Source: an uncultured Eubacteriales bacterium
GTDB taxonomy: Bacteria > Bacillota > Clostridia > Oscillospirales > Acutalibacteraceae
NCBI GenBank assembly: GCA_964416045.1
Contig: CAYQCM010000001.1
Location: 1 to 43,930 of the forward strand
Reading direction: 5' to 3'
Length of the DNA: 43,930 nucleotides
The position numbers and the translations under genes were made by a program. Every line of letters begins with the position of its first letter. Position 1 is the stretch's first letter. Below, one piece after another: positions 8,164 to 17,026 of this stretch. A model generated the notes under the pieces. That model made no database searches. It saw only the letters and a program-made list of their open reading frames with translations, and was not told where the DNA came from.

Positions 8164-8200
8164 AATAAGCTATAATTATATTTATAGCTTATTTTATTTT
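8164..8200 (+). terminator. Rho-independent terminator after paralog A
   Basis: Perfect 12-bp stem aataagctataa/ttatagcttatt, 6-nt loop, then T-rich run. Confidence 0.8.
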
Positions 8201-8210
8201 TGAGGGTAAA

Positions 8211-9578
8211 ATGGAAAAAAATAATTTAATAGAAGTTTTGATAGAAGACGTGTCTCTAGATGGCAAAGGTATCGCGCGTTATGATGGGATTGTTATATTT
8301 GTCCCTTTCGCAGCGGTTGGAGATAAACTTATAGTTAAAATTTTAAAAGTAAAGAAAGATTATGCATTTGGAAAGATTGAAAAAATTTTAAAGAGGTCCT
8401 TACATAGAATAGATGTGGATTGCGATAGTTACTATAAGTGTGGGGGATGTGTTTTTAGGCATATTTCTTATGATGAAGAATTGCGTATAAAATCAAAGTT
8501 TATAAGAGATTCATTAAATAAATTTTCCGGTATTGTTGATTTTAAAATCAGTGATATTATTGGAGCGAAAGATATTAATTATTATCGTAACAAAGCTCAA
8601 GTACCTGTAAGGTATAGTGGTAATAAAAAAATTGTATCTGGATTTTTTAGTCCTCATAGCCATAATGTGGTTGAATGTTTGGACTGTAAATTACACCCTA
8701 AAGAATTTGATAGAATAATATTAGAGATAAAAAAATGGATGCAAATTTATAATGTAAAACCTTATGATGAGGCGAAAAATATAGGTTTAATAAGGCATAT
8801 ATATTTAAGATACGCTAAATCTACAAATGAAATTATGGTATGTTTAGTTATAAACGGAACTTATCTGCCACATGAAGATATTTTTGTAAAGAACTTAACT
8901 GATAAATTTAAAAATATTAAAAGTATGTATCTAAACTCTAATTGTAAAGTTACAAATGTTATTTTAGGAGAAAAAAATAAAATTATTTTCGGAAAGGATT
9001 TTATTCGAGATACTTTATGTAATATAAAATTTAATATTTCCCCGCTTTCTTTCTATCAAATTAATCATGACCAAACTGAAATAATGTATAATATAGCAAA
9101 AAATATGCTGAATCTGAAAAGTACTGACAATGTTTTGGATTTATATTGCGGTATCGGTACTATTGGTCTTACTATGCATCATAATGTAAATAGCCTATTG
9201 GGTATTGAAATCGTAAAACAAGCTGTTGAAAATGCTATTAAAAATTCTAAAATTAATGATATTAAAAATGCTGATTTCATTTGTGGCGATGCTTTTGAGG
9301 TAGTAAATTCTATTTCAAGTGACATTAAAAATATAGACGTAGTAATCATTGATCCGCCAAGAAAAGGATGTGACAGTAAATTAATAAATACTATAGTGAA
9401 AATTCATCCTAAAAAGATATTATATATTTCTTGCAATCCATGTACTTGGGCAAGAGACATAAAGATATTATGTGAACAATTTTATAATTTAGATTCAGTT
9501 GTACCTATAGACCTATTTCCCAGAACCGGACATGTTGAGACTATTTCTCGGTTAATTAGAAAAAATCCTAATATATAG
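8211..9578 (+). CDS. rlmCD: 23S rRNA (uracil-C5)-methyltransferase, RlmD/RlmCD (RumA) family
   Basis: 455 aa. N-terminal TRAM-like domain, Fe-S Cys cluster CDSYYKCGGCVFRH, SAM motif LDLYCGIGTIG, DPPRKG, catalytic-region YISCNP. Confidence 0.88.
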   Translation: MEKNNLIEVLIEDVSLDGKGIARYDGIVIFVPFAAVGDKLIVKILKVKKDYAFGKIEKILKRSLHRIDVDCDSYYKCGGCVFRHISYDEELRIKSKFIRDSLNKFSGIVDFKISDIIGAKDINYYRNKAQVPVRYSGNKKIVSGFFSPHSHNVVECLDCKLHPKEFDRIILEIKKWMQIYNVKPYDEAKNIGLIRHIYLRYAKSTNEIMVCLVINGTYLPHEDIFVKNLTDKFKNIKSMYLNSNCKVTNVILGEKNKIIFGKDFIRDTLCNIKFNISPLSFYQINHDQTEIMYNIAKNMLNLKSTDNVLDLYCGIGTIGLTMHHNVNSLLGIEIVKQAVENAIKNSKINDIKNADFICGDAFEVVNSISSDIKNIDVVIIDPPRKGCDSKLINTIVKIHPKKILYISCNPCTWARDIKILCEQFYNLDSVVPIDLFPRTGHVETISRLIRKNPNI

Positions 9579-9823
9579 TCTTTGTAAGTTGAATTTGCAC
9601 GAACTGGAATTAACACTTTATGAGAAAAAATGTTTATTAGCAGACTTATATAATATTAAACTAACTAAAAAATTCATGATAAACTTACTTAATGGTAATT
9701 AGCTATAAGTGTTAAATATTTACAATTTAAAGTTAATTGAATAGGGCAATTTTTATGGTAATAATTTTTTTATTACATGTAAATACTTTCTATTGAGCTA
9801 TTAAACATGTTAGGAGAATTAAT

Positions 9824-10477
9824 ATGAGAGATTATCAAAATTGTCTTTTAGACCCCTCAGAAACCGCTATGTTAATTATTGACCATCAACCACAAATGTT
9901 TTTTGCTATGGAGGGAGTTAATGGAAGTACAATTATGAATAATATAGTTGGTTTAGCTAAAACTGCCGGGGTTTTTGGTGTACAGTGTATTTTGTCAACC
10001 GTAACATCTGAAACTTTTTCCGGGAAAATATATTCTAAGTTACAGGATGTATTTCCTGATATTATTCCTATAGATAGAAGTAGTCGTCTTAATGCATGGG
10101 AAGATTATCGAGTCACTAACGCTATTAAGCAAACTGGGAAAGATACTATAATTATAGCTGGATTATGGACTGAGGTTTGTGTAACATTTTCTGCTTTATC
10201 TGCTATTGAAGATGGATATGAAGTTTTCGTTGTAACGGATGCTTGTGGAGGCACTACTAAAGAATCTCATGATATGGCTTTGCAAAGAATGATACAAGTA
10301 GGAGTTAAACCTGTAACGTGGCAGCAGGTATTATTGGAGTTTCAGAGAGATTGGAGTAACAAAGACACTTATAATCAAGTTATGGAAATAATAAAACAAC
10401 ATTGTGATACTTATGGGTTGGGTGTTGAATATTTTGAAACTATGATTGATTCGGAAAAGTTTGCTTTTAACTTATAA
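9824..10477 (+). CDS. Isochorismatase-family (cysteine) hydrolase, YcaC-like
   Basis: 217 aa. Pattern TAMLIIDHQ ... IIIAGLWTEVCVTFSALSAIEDGYEVFVVTDACGG is typical of isochorismatase-like hydrolases with a catalytic Cys. Confidence 0.8.
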   Translation: MRDYQNCLLDPSETAMLIIDHQPQMFFAMEGVNGSTIMNNIVGLAKTAGVFGVQCILSTVTSETFSGKIYSKLQDVFPDIIPIDRSSRLNAWEDYRVTNAIKQTGKDTIIIAGLWTEVCVTFSALSAIEDGYEVFVVTDACGGTTKESHDMALQRMIQVGVKPVTWQQVLLEFQRDWSNKDTYNQVMEIIKQHCDTYGLGVEYFETMIDSEKFAFNL

Positions 10478-10481
10478 AATA

Positions 10482-10515
10482 AATTAGAATACATGGTTAA
10501 TCATGTATTCTAATT
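10482..10515. terminator. Bidirectional hairpin terminator
   Basis: Perfect 14-bp stem aattagaatacatg/catgtattctaatt, 6-nt loop, between convergent genes. Confidence 0.8.
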
Positions 10516-10518
10516 TTA

Positions 10519-11082
10519 TCATCGTAATTCTTTAATGGTAAATCTCCCTGTTTTAATATCTTGTACCCACTGTACTATTTTGCTTCTGGATATATTAGGA
10601 TGAATTTTGATATACTCTATAATTGCGTCTTTACTTTTAATATGAGATCGTTTTTTAGTACCGTTGGGTATACTGCTTAATAAATATTGTTCTAAATAGG
10701 TTGCATTTTTAGGCTGTATTTTTGGCGCTACCTTTGTAGAACGTATTTGAGATTGTTTTGTTAATGATTTTATTACAAGTACTAGTTTTGGACGTTTGGG
10801 CTTTAAATAACATTTTTTGATCATCTCGATTGTTTTTTGTGTAAATTGTTTTTTGTCTCTATCTGAGGTGAATTTGCATTTTTTTAATAATAATGATATT
10901 TTTTTAATTATTATTTTAGCTTCATCGGTAGTTCTAAATACGAGTGATCCTATAAAGTCCATGGTTAATTCCCAGAACTCATTACCTAGTTGAGGGAAAT
11001 CTTTATTTATTGATTCACATATGTCTTTAATTGTAGAAATATTTTCTTGATCTTGCCGGGCGATTTTAATGTATTGTTTCAT
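10519..11082 (-). CDS. Hypothetical Lys-rich protein (possibly the 3' part of a frameshifted ~241-codon gene)
   Basis: 187-aa ORF with no motif I recognise. The frame stays open upstream to a TGA at about 11175, and an abutting ORF lies in another frame (see 11156-11245). Confidence 0.5.
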   Translation of the reverse strand: MKQYIKIARQDQENISTIKDICESINKDFPQLGNEFWELTMDFIGSLVFRTTDEAKIIIKKISLLLKKCKFTSDRDKKQFTQKTIEMIKKCYLKPKRPKLVLVIKSLTKQSQIRSTKVAPKIQPKNATYLEQYLLSSIPNGTKKRSHIKSKDAIIEYIKIHPNISRSKIVQWVQDIKTGRFTIKELR

Positions 11083-11155
11083 TATATTAATATTTTCTTT
11101 TTTTACTTTTTGGAATTGTATTATAAATTCATTATGTGCGTCTAAATATGTTTTT

Positions 11156-11245
11156 CTACAGACAAGGATATGGGGTCAAATTAATTTCTATATCTGGTCT
11201 TTTACTAAACTTACAATCTTCATATGTGTGTAATTGATCTATCAT
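11156..11245 (-). CDS. 29-codon ORF (MIDQLHTYEDCKFSKRPDIEINLTPYPCL), possible 5' part of the downstream gene separated by a 1-nt frameshift
   Basis: The ATG lies 4 nt after the stop of the upstream ORF. Removing one G from the G4 run at 11172-11175 fuses it in frame to the 10519-11082 ORF. Confidence 0.3.
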   Translation of the reverse strand: MIDQLHTYEDCKFSKRPDIEINLTPYPCL

Positions 11246-11248
11246 ATC

Positions 11249-11509
11249 TTATTTTATATTTGATGGTAAATTTTCTTGAAGGACCATTTGCGTTAATTCA
11301 AATACCATGGAGGGTTTCATAGCTTTACGTTTCCTTATATTGTTTTTAGAACTTTTTATTGTTTCAGTAAATTCTTTGGCCGTCATGTTTTCTACATTGT
11401 GATAATTATTTAGGAACGCATATTCAGGTTCATAATTTGGAATGTCTTTTTGTAATTTATTTCTTAATGAATTAAACTCCGAAAATGTCAAATTGATCAC
11501 CTCTCTCAT
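11249..11509 (-). CDS. Hypothetical 86-aa protein
   Basis: First ORF of a three-ORF minus-strand unit. No recognisable motif and no SD sequence. A promoter -10 lies about 9 nt upstream of the ATG. Confidence 0.5.
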   Translation of the reverse strand: MREVINLTFSEFNSLRNKLQKDIPNYEPEYAFLNNYHNVENMTAKEFTETIKSSKNNIRKRKAMKPSMVFELTQMVLQENLPSNIK

Positions 11510-11518
11510 TATAATAAT

Positions 11519-11548
11519 ATTATAATTCTTTTTTCATATAAATGTCAA
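11519..11548 (-). promoter_or_regulatory. Promoter TTGACA-18-TATAAT on minus strand, -10 ending 9 nt before the ATG at 11509
   Basis: Minus strand reads TTGACA (11548->11543), an 18-nt spacer, TATAAT (11524->11519), then attattata and ATG. Confidence 0.55.
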
Positions 11549-11690
11549 TATGTATAGTTATATTGTGTAAATGTTGCATAAACAAAAAGTAAATATATAT
11601 ATACATGTCTTAAAATATTTTATTTTTTTCTTATATTTTATTTAAGGAATAATTTTAATATATTTGGTAATATAATAGTATAAATCAGTA

Positions 11691-11719
11691 TTGACTTTTA
11701 ATAATAGTTGTCAGATAAT
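11691..11719 (+). promoter_or_regulatory. Promoter of the PTS operon (TTGACT-17-GATAAT)
   Basis: TTGACT at 11691-11696, 17-nt spacer, GATAAT at 11714-11719. GGAAGGA RBS before ATG 11776. Confidence 0.6.
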
Positions 11720-11775
11720 ACGAAGGTGTAAACTAAATATTTATTTCTTATTGTATTAATGGAAGGAAAACGTTA

Positions 11776-12069
11776 ATGAAAGAATTTAATTATGTAATAG
11801 GCAGCGAAAATGGAATACATGCAAGACCCGCTGGAATGCTTGTTAAAAAAGCTTTGACTTATACATCTAAAATTACGGTTTTTAAAGGTGAAGACTCTGT
11901 TAGTTTAAAAAGTTTGTTTGATTTATTAAGTTTCGGAATTAAGCAAAATGATGAAATTCGTATAGTAATAGAAGGTGAAGATGAGTCTGAGGCAGAAGCT
12001 GGTATAAAAAATTTTTTAGATGAAAATTTTAATAGGAGTCATGTTGCTAATGACAGTATTGAAGGGTAA
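11776..12069 (+). CDS. ptsH: Phosphocarrier protein HPr
   Basis: GIHARPAG (His15 site) and VSLKSLFDLLSFG (Ser46 region). 97 aa. Confidence 0.92.
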   Translation: MKEFNYVIGSENGIHARPAGMLVKKALTYTSKITVFKGEDSVSLKSLFDLLSFGIKQNDEIRIVIEGEDESEAEAGIKNFLDENFNRSHVANDSIEG

Positions 12070-13717
12070 GGGCGTAGTTAAAGGAATATCGTTTGGAAAA
12101 TTTTCTATAAAAAATAGTATTAGTAGTATTGATTGTAATTTAAAGTGTAAGATAAATGATGCTCAGTTAGAAATTTTGAGATATGAAAATGGAAAAAAGG
12201 CTGCTATAGAACATTTAAAAGAATTGTACAATAAAGTTTGCAGTGAAGTTGATAAAGAAAGTGCTATGATATTTGAAGTTCATCAGATGATGATTGAGGA
12301 TGAATCTTATTGTAGTTCTATACTTGATTTGATTAAAAGTGAGAAAGTAAACAGTGAATATGGCGTATCGTGCGTTTCAAAAAAGATGATAGATAAACTT
12401 TCTGAAGTTGATGATGAATATATTAGAGAAAGAATTGCGGATATTAAGGATATTTCTTCCCTTTTAATAGACTGTATTTGCGGAAATGTCAGAAAAAATT
12501 GTGAAATAAGTAGAGAATGTATTCTTGGAGCAAATGATTTTACTCCTAGTCAGACTGCTGAGATGAATAGTGAAACAACAAAAGGTCTTTTAATGATGAA
12601 TGGGGCTGTAAATTCTCATGCTTGTATTCTGGCCAAAGCTATGAATATTCCTTGTGTTGTTGGTCTTGGTGATCAGCTTAAAGAAGAATATGATGGCAAA
12701 GATATAATTTTAGACGGTTTTTCAGGTACAATCTATGTTGAGCCGGATGTTACGACTATTAAAAGGCTTAAAAAGAAACTTAAAATGTGCCAAAAACATT
12801 ATGAGCTTTTAAATAATTTAAAGGGCAAAGAAAATATAACCGTAGATGGTAAAAAAATAAAATTATATGCAAATATTGGATCTATATCTGACCTTAATAT
12901 TGTCAAAGGAAATGATGCAGGGGGGATAGGTCTATTTAGAAGTGAATTTTTATATCTAAGAAGAAAAAATTATCCCTCTGAAGAAGAGCAGTTTAAGGTA
13001 TATAAAAAAGTTTTGGAGGAAATGAAGGATAAAGAAGTTATAATTAGAACTTTAGATATAGGGGCTGATAAGAAAGTAGATTATTTTGACTTACCCAAGG
13101 AAGATAATCCTGCGATGGGGTATAGGGCAATTAGAATATGCCTTGACAGACCTCAAATATTTAAGCAGCAATTAAGAGCTATATTCAGAGCTTCGGTATT
13201 TGGTAAAGTGTCCATTATGTTTCCTATGATTATATCTTTGCAGGAACTTAAAAATACTAAAAAAATTGTTAAAGAGGTAAAAAATGAACTAAAGGAAAGT
13301 GGCATCCCTTTTGATAAAAACGTTAAAGTTGGAGTAATGATTGAAACTCCTGCAGCTGTATTTATCAGCGATGAACTTGCAAAAGAAGCAGATTTCTTTA
13401 GTATTGGTACTAATGATCTGACGCAATATTCTTTGGCTATAGACAGACAAAATAATAAAGTAAGTGGTATGTATGATCCTTATCATAAGGCGATACTTCG
13501 TATGATAAAGATAGTTGCAGATAATGCTCATAAACACGGGATTTGGGTAGGAATTTGCGGTGAACTAGCTGCAGATGAAAATTTAACAGAACTATTTTTA
13601 TCTTTAGGGATAGACGAACTTTCTATGTCATCACCATTTATTTTGGGGATAAGAAAGAAGATTAGAGAAACCAATGTTGACGAAGTAAGAGAAGAAGTAA
13701 TTAAAAAATTTTTGTAA
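12050..13717 (+). CDS. ptsI: PTS enzyme I (phosphoenolpyruvate-protein phosphotransferase)
   Basis: NSHACILAKAMNIPCVVG (phospho-His region), GGIGLFRSEFLY, FFSIGTNDLTQY, CGELA. Start set at ATG 12050 (AGGAG at 12034-12038) giving MTVLKGKG..., overlapping ptsH by 20 nt. The ORF-track start 12020 is probably too early. Confidence 0.92.
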   Translation: MTVLKGKGVVKGISFGKFSIKNSISSIDCNLKCKINDAQLEILRYENGKKAAIEHLKELYNKVCSEVDKESAMIFEVHQMMIEDESYCSSILDLIKSEKVNSEYGVSCVSKKMIDKLSEVDDEYIRERIADIKDISSLLIDCICGNVRKNCEISRECILGANDFTPSQTAEMNSETTKGLLMMNGAVNSHACILAKAMNIPCVVGLGDQLKEEYDGKDIILDGFSGTIYVEPDVTTIKRLKKKLKMCQKHYELLNNLKGKENITVDGKKIKLYANIGSISDLNIVKGNDAGGIGLFRSEFLYLRRKNYPSEEEQFKVYKKVLEEMKDKEVIIRTLDIGADKKVDYFDLPKEDNPAMGYRAIRICLDRPQIFKQQLRAIFRASVFGKVSIMFPMIISLQELKNTKKIVKEVKNELKESGIPFDKNVKVGVMIETPAAVFISDELAKEADFFSIGTNDLTQYSLAIDRQNNKVSGMYDPYHKAILRMIKIVADNAHKHGIWVGICGELAADENLTELFLSLGIDELSMSSPFILGIRKKIRETNVDEVREEVIKKFL

Positions 13718-13765
13718 TTATAGATTGTAGCTTGATGTACTTTAATATTGTAGGAGGGTTAAGTA

Positions 13766-14245
13766 ATGTTTGATTTTCTTTTCAAGTCCAAAGACAAAGA
13801 AATATTAGCTACTCAAAATGGTAAAGCGGTCCCCCTCTCAGAAGTGCCGGATGAAGCCTTTTCCCAAAAGTTACTGGGGGATGGTATTGCTATTATTCCA
13901 AGCGACGGAGATATTTTTTCCCCCGTAACCGGAGTTATAGCAAACGTTTTTGACACTCTTCATGCGTATGCAATACGTTCGGAAGATGGTATTGGGATAT
14001 TAGTTCATATTGGAATAGATACTGTAGATCTTAAAGGGGAGGGATTTGAAACATTTGTTAAAAAAGATCAGAAGGTTAAAGCAGGAGAGCTTATTGGAAG
14101 GGCTAATTTGGAGTTTATTCAAGATAAAGGATTTCCGATTTATACTCCTATAGTCATTACTAATGCAGAGAAACTCAAGAATATTTCTTATAATTTAGGT
14201 GAGGTTAAAGCTGGTCAAAGTGTTGTTATGTCCTATAAAATTTAA
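13766..14245 (+). CDS. crr: PTS glucose-family EIIA component
   Basis: 159 aa. FSQKLLGDGIAIIP and HAYAIRSEDGIGILVHIGIDTVDLKGEGF (two His active-site motifs of EIIA-Glc). Confidence 0.92.
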   Translation: MFDFLFKSKDKEILATQNGKAVPLSEVPDEAFSQKLLGDGIAIIPSDGDIFSPVTGVIANVFDTLHAYAIRSEDGIGILVHIGIDTVDLKGEGFETFVKKDQKVKAGELIGRANLEFIQDKGFPIYTPIVITNAEKLKNISYNLGEVKAGQSVVMSYKI

Positions 14246-14271
14246 AATTATATATTAAATCATTGTGAAAG

Positions 14272-15861
14272 ATGGTGTGGTTTGTGAAAAGTTCAGGTGT
14301 TTTTAGTGTTCTTCAACGTATTGGCAGGTCTTTTATGCTCCCTATTGCGCTTCTTCCAATAGCAGGATTATTATTGGGAATTGGTGCTTCTTTTTCTAAT
14401 CCTCAAATGATAGCTTCGTATAATTTAGGATGGCTTTTGGGCGAAGGTACTTTCCTTCATTTTATACTTACTGTTATGAAAGATTCTGGAAATATTGTAT
14501 TTGCTAATCTGCCTATTATATTTGCTATGGGAGTAGCTCTTGGTATGGCGGAAAAAGAAAAAGCTACTGCTACTTTGTCTTCAGGTATTGCATTCTTAGT
14601 TATGCATCAGACGATTTCTTCCCTTTTAAATTTAACCGGTAAATTGGAATCCGGAGCAATGCTTGACGGTGCAGTAGGGTCTGCGTGTGGAATACAGACT
14701 TTGGAAATGGGAGTTTTCGGAGGTATTTTAGTAGGTCTTGGAGTTGCTTATTTACATAATAAGTTTTATAAGATTAAACTTCCAAATGTTATTTCCTTTT
14801 TCGGAGGTACTAGATTTATCCCGATAGTTTCTTCTCTTACTTATATTTTTGTGGGTGCATTAATGTTTTTTGTTTGGCCGTATATTCAGGAAGGAATGTT
14901 TTCTCTTGGAAATTTAGTTACAAGGTCAGGATATGCCGGAACTCTTATTTACGGTATTATTGAAAGAGCGTTAATACCTTTTGGACTTCATCATGTATTT
15001 TATATGCCGTTTTGGCAGACGGGTCTTGGTGGAACTGCTGTAATAGACGGTGTTTATGTAACAGGCGCACAAAATATTTTCTTTGCAGAATTAGGGTCGG
15101 CCAATGTAACTCATTTTAGCATTGATGCTGCAAGATTCATGGCTGGAAAATTTCCATTTATGATTTTTGGTTTACCTGGAGCAGCACTGGCTATGTATGC
15201 TACTGCAAAACAAAACAAAAAGAAGGTTGTTGGCGGACTTTTACTTTCTGCAGCCCTTACCTCTATGATTACAGGTATTACTGAGCCAATTGAATTTACA
15301 TTTTTATTTGTAGCTCCTATACTTTACGGTATACATTGTGTTTTTGCTGGTCTTTCTTTTATGCTTATGCACGTATTTAATATCGCTATAGGTCAAACAT
15401 TTTCCGGAGGAATAATAGATTTCTTATTATTTGGCGTATTGCAAGGAAATGACAAGACTAATTGGATATACGCAGTTCCTATCGGAATAGTATATTTTAT
15501 AGTTTATTATTTCTTATTTAAATTTGTAATTGAAAAATTCAATTTAATTACCCCTGGTAGAGAAGAGGACGAAATAGAGTCTAAGCTTTATACGAGAAAA
15601 GATATAGATGCTTCTAAGCAAGATGATATATCTGAAAAGATAGTAAATGGTCTTGGTGGAGTTGACAATATACAAGATCTTGATTGTTGTGCAACTAGAC
15701 TTAGAGTAAAAGTACAAGATGAAAACAAAGTTGACGAACCTATGCTAAAATCTACCGGTGCTTCAGGAATAATTAGAAAGGGTAAAGGAATACAAATTAT
15801 TTATGGCCCTAGAGTTACAGTTATTAAAAGTGAAGTTGAGGATTATATTTCTAGTTTATAG
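14272..15861 (+). CDS. PTS glucose/maltose/GlcNAc-family EIICB component
   Basis: 529 aa. Polytopic EIIC domain (GITEPIEFTF) and C-terminal EIIB with DCCATRLRV phospho-Cys motif. Sugar specificity is not determinable from sequence. Confidence 0.9.
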   Translation: MVWFVKSSGVFSVLQRIGRSFMLPIALLPIAGLLLGIGASFSNPQMIASYNLGWLLGEGTFLHFILTVMKDSGNIVFANLPIIFAMGVALGMAEKEKATATLSSGIAFLVMHQTISSLLNLTGKLESGAMLDGAVGSACGIQTLEMGVFGGILVGLGVAYLHNKFYKIKLPNVISFFGGTRFIPIVSSLTYIFVGALMFFVWPYIQEGMFSLGNLVTRSGYAGTLIYGIIERALIPFGLHHVFYMPFWQTGLGGTAVIDGVYVTGAQNIFFAELGSANVTHFSIDAARFMAGKFPFMIFGLPGAALAMYATAKQNKKKVVGGLLLSAALTSMITGITEPIEFTFLFVAPILYGIHCVFAGLSFMLMHVFNIAIGQTFSGGIIDFLLFGVLQGNDKTNWIYAVPIGIVYFIVYYFLFKFVIEKFNLITPGREEDEIESKLYTRKDIDASKQDDISEKIVNGLGGVDNIQDLDCCATRLRVKVQDENKVDEPMLKSTGASGIIRKGKGIQIIYGPRVTVIKSEVEDYISSL

Positions 15862-15871
15862 TTTGTCTTAT

Positions 15872-15900
15872 TAATGCACTTTTTATAGTGCATTAGTTTT
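15872..15900 (+). terminator. Rho-independent terminator of the PTS operon
   Basis: 9-bp stem taatgcact/agtgcatta, 6-nt loop, then gtttt. Confidence 0.65.
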
Positions 15901-15921
15901 GATAATATAGGAGATTTTTTT

Positions 15922-16995
15922 ATGTGTAAATTAAACATAGCAGTACTTTTTGGTGGTAATTCTTCTGAACATGAAGTTTCAAGAATGTCAGCATCGACTA
16001 TTATTGACGGTCTGTCAAAGGATAAGTATAATATTTTTATGTTGGGAATTACAAAATCAGGAGAATGGTTTTTATATAATGGAAATACCAAAGATATTAT
16101 AGACGGTTCTTGGGAAAATAATCCTGGTAATAGAAAAGCTTTTATATCCCCCGATACTAGGGTTAAAGGGATAGTCGTATTAAATGATGACAAATTTGAA
16201 ATTTTAAAATTGGATGTTATAATACCTATTATTCATGGGAAAAATGGTGAAGATGGTACTATACAAGGTGTTGCAACTTTAGCAAAAATCCCATTCGTTG
16301 GGTGTGGAGTAACGGCTTCTGCAGTTTGCATGGATAAAGTAATAACTAATACGGTGCTTTCTTGCAATGATATAAATAAACCAAACTTTTATTGGTTTTA
16401 TATACATGACTTTGAAAAGGATCCTGGAAAATGTATTGGTGAAATCGAATATAATATCAAGTCTTATCCTATGTTTGTTAAACCATCTAATTCTGGTTCG
16501 TCTGTGGGTATAAGTAAGGTTGAAAATAAAGATGAACTTTTAGAAGCTATAAAGACAGCAAGTAAGGAAGATATTAAGATCTTAGTTGAGCAAGGAATTA
16601 TTGGCCAGGAAATAGAATGTGCTGTATTTGGTAATTATGATCCTATCTGTTCAATTCCGGGTGAGATTATTTCTTCAAGCGAATTTTATGATTATGATGA
16701 TAAGTATAATAACGGTACGGCTAAAACTAATGTTCCGGCTCGTTTGAGCCCTGAAATTTCTTTGGAAGTCCAAGAAATATCTAAGAAAGCCTACAAACTT
16801 TTAGGATGTACTGGCCTTGCAAGGGTGGATTCCTTTGTTGAAAAGGGTACAAACAAAGTATACATAAATGAGATAAATACTCTTCCCGGATTTACTTCAA
16901 TTAGTATGTATCCAAAGATGATGCAGCATTCAGGATACGATTTAAGTCGATTAATAGACGGATTAATAGACTACGCTATAGAGGAACAACAATAA
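15922..16995 (+). CDS. ddl: D-alanine--D-alanine ligase
   Basis: 357 aa. IAVLFGGNSSEHEVS, ATP-grasp region (FVKPSNSGSSVGISKV, EINTLPGFT). Followed by murI. Confidence 0.9.
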   Translation: MCKLNIAVLFGGNSSEHEVSRMSASTIIDGLSKDKYNIFMLGITKSGEWFLYNGNTKDIIDGSWENNPGNRKAFISPDTRVKGIVVLNDDKFEILKLDVIIPIIHGKNGEDGTIQGVATLAKIPFVGCGVTASAVCMDKVITNTVLSCNDINKPNFYWFYIHDFEKDPGKCIGEIEYNIKSYPMFVKPSNSGSSVGISKVENKDELLEAIKTASKEDIKILVEQGIIGQEIECAVFGNYDPICSIPGEIISSSEFYDYDDKYNNGTAKTNVPARLSPEISLEVQEISKKAYKLLGCTGLARVDSFVEKGTNKVYINEINTLPGFTSISMYPKMMQHSGYDLSRLIDGLIDYAIEEQQ

Positions 16996-17026
16996 AAGAA
17001 TTTCAAAATATGAAAGGACGATTTAA

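Noticed and set aside
9579-9823. A 245-nt intergenic region upstream of the isochorismatase-family gene as a possible riboswitch or sRNA
   Set aside because: It is extremely AT-rich, with no convincing conserved stems or known riboswitch cores. The only ORF is 6 codons. I cannot support any call without covariance-model searches.
11766-11777. cre-like (CcpA) half-palindrome gaaaacgttaat overlapping the ptsH RBS
   Set aside because: Only the central AACGTT core matches the cre consensus (WTGNAANCGNWNNCW). The flanks do not match, so it is too weak to call.
15922-16995. The possibility that the ddl homolog is a vancomycin-resistance-type D-Ala-D-Lac/D-Ser ligase
   Set aside because: There are no vanH/vanX/vanR/vanS-like neighbours. 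It sits with murI in a housekeeping context, and I cannot score the specificity-determining residues reliably by eye.
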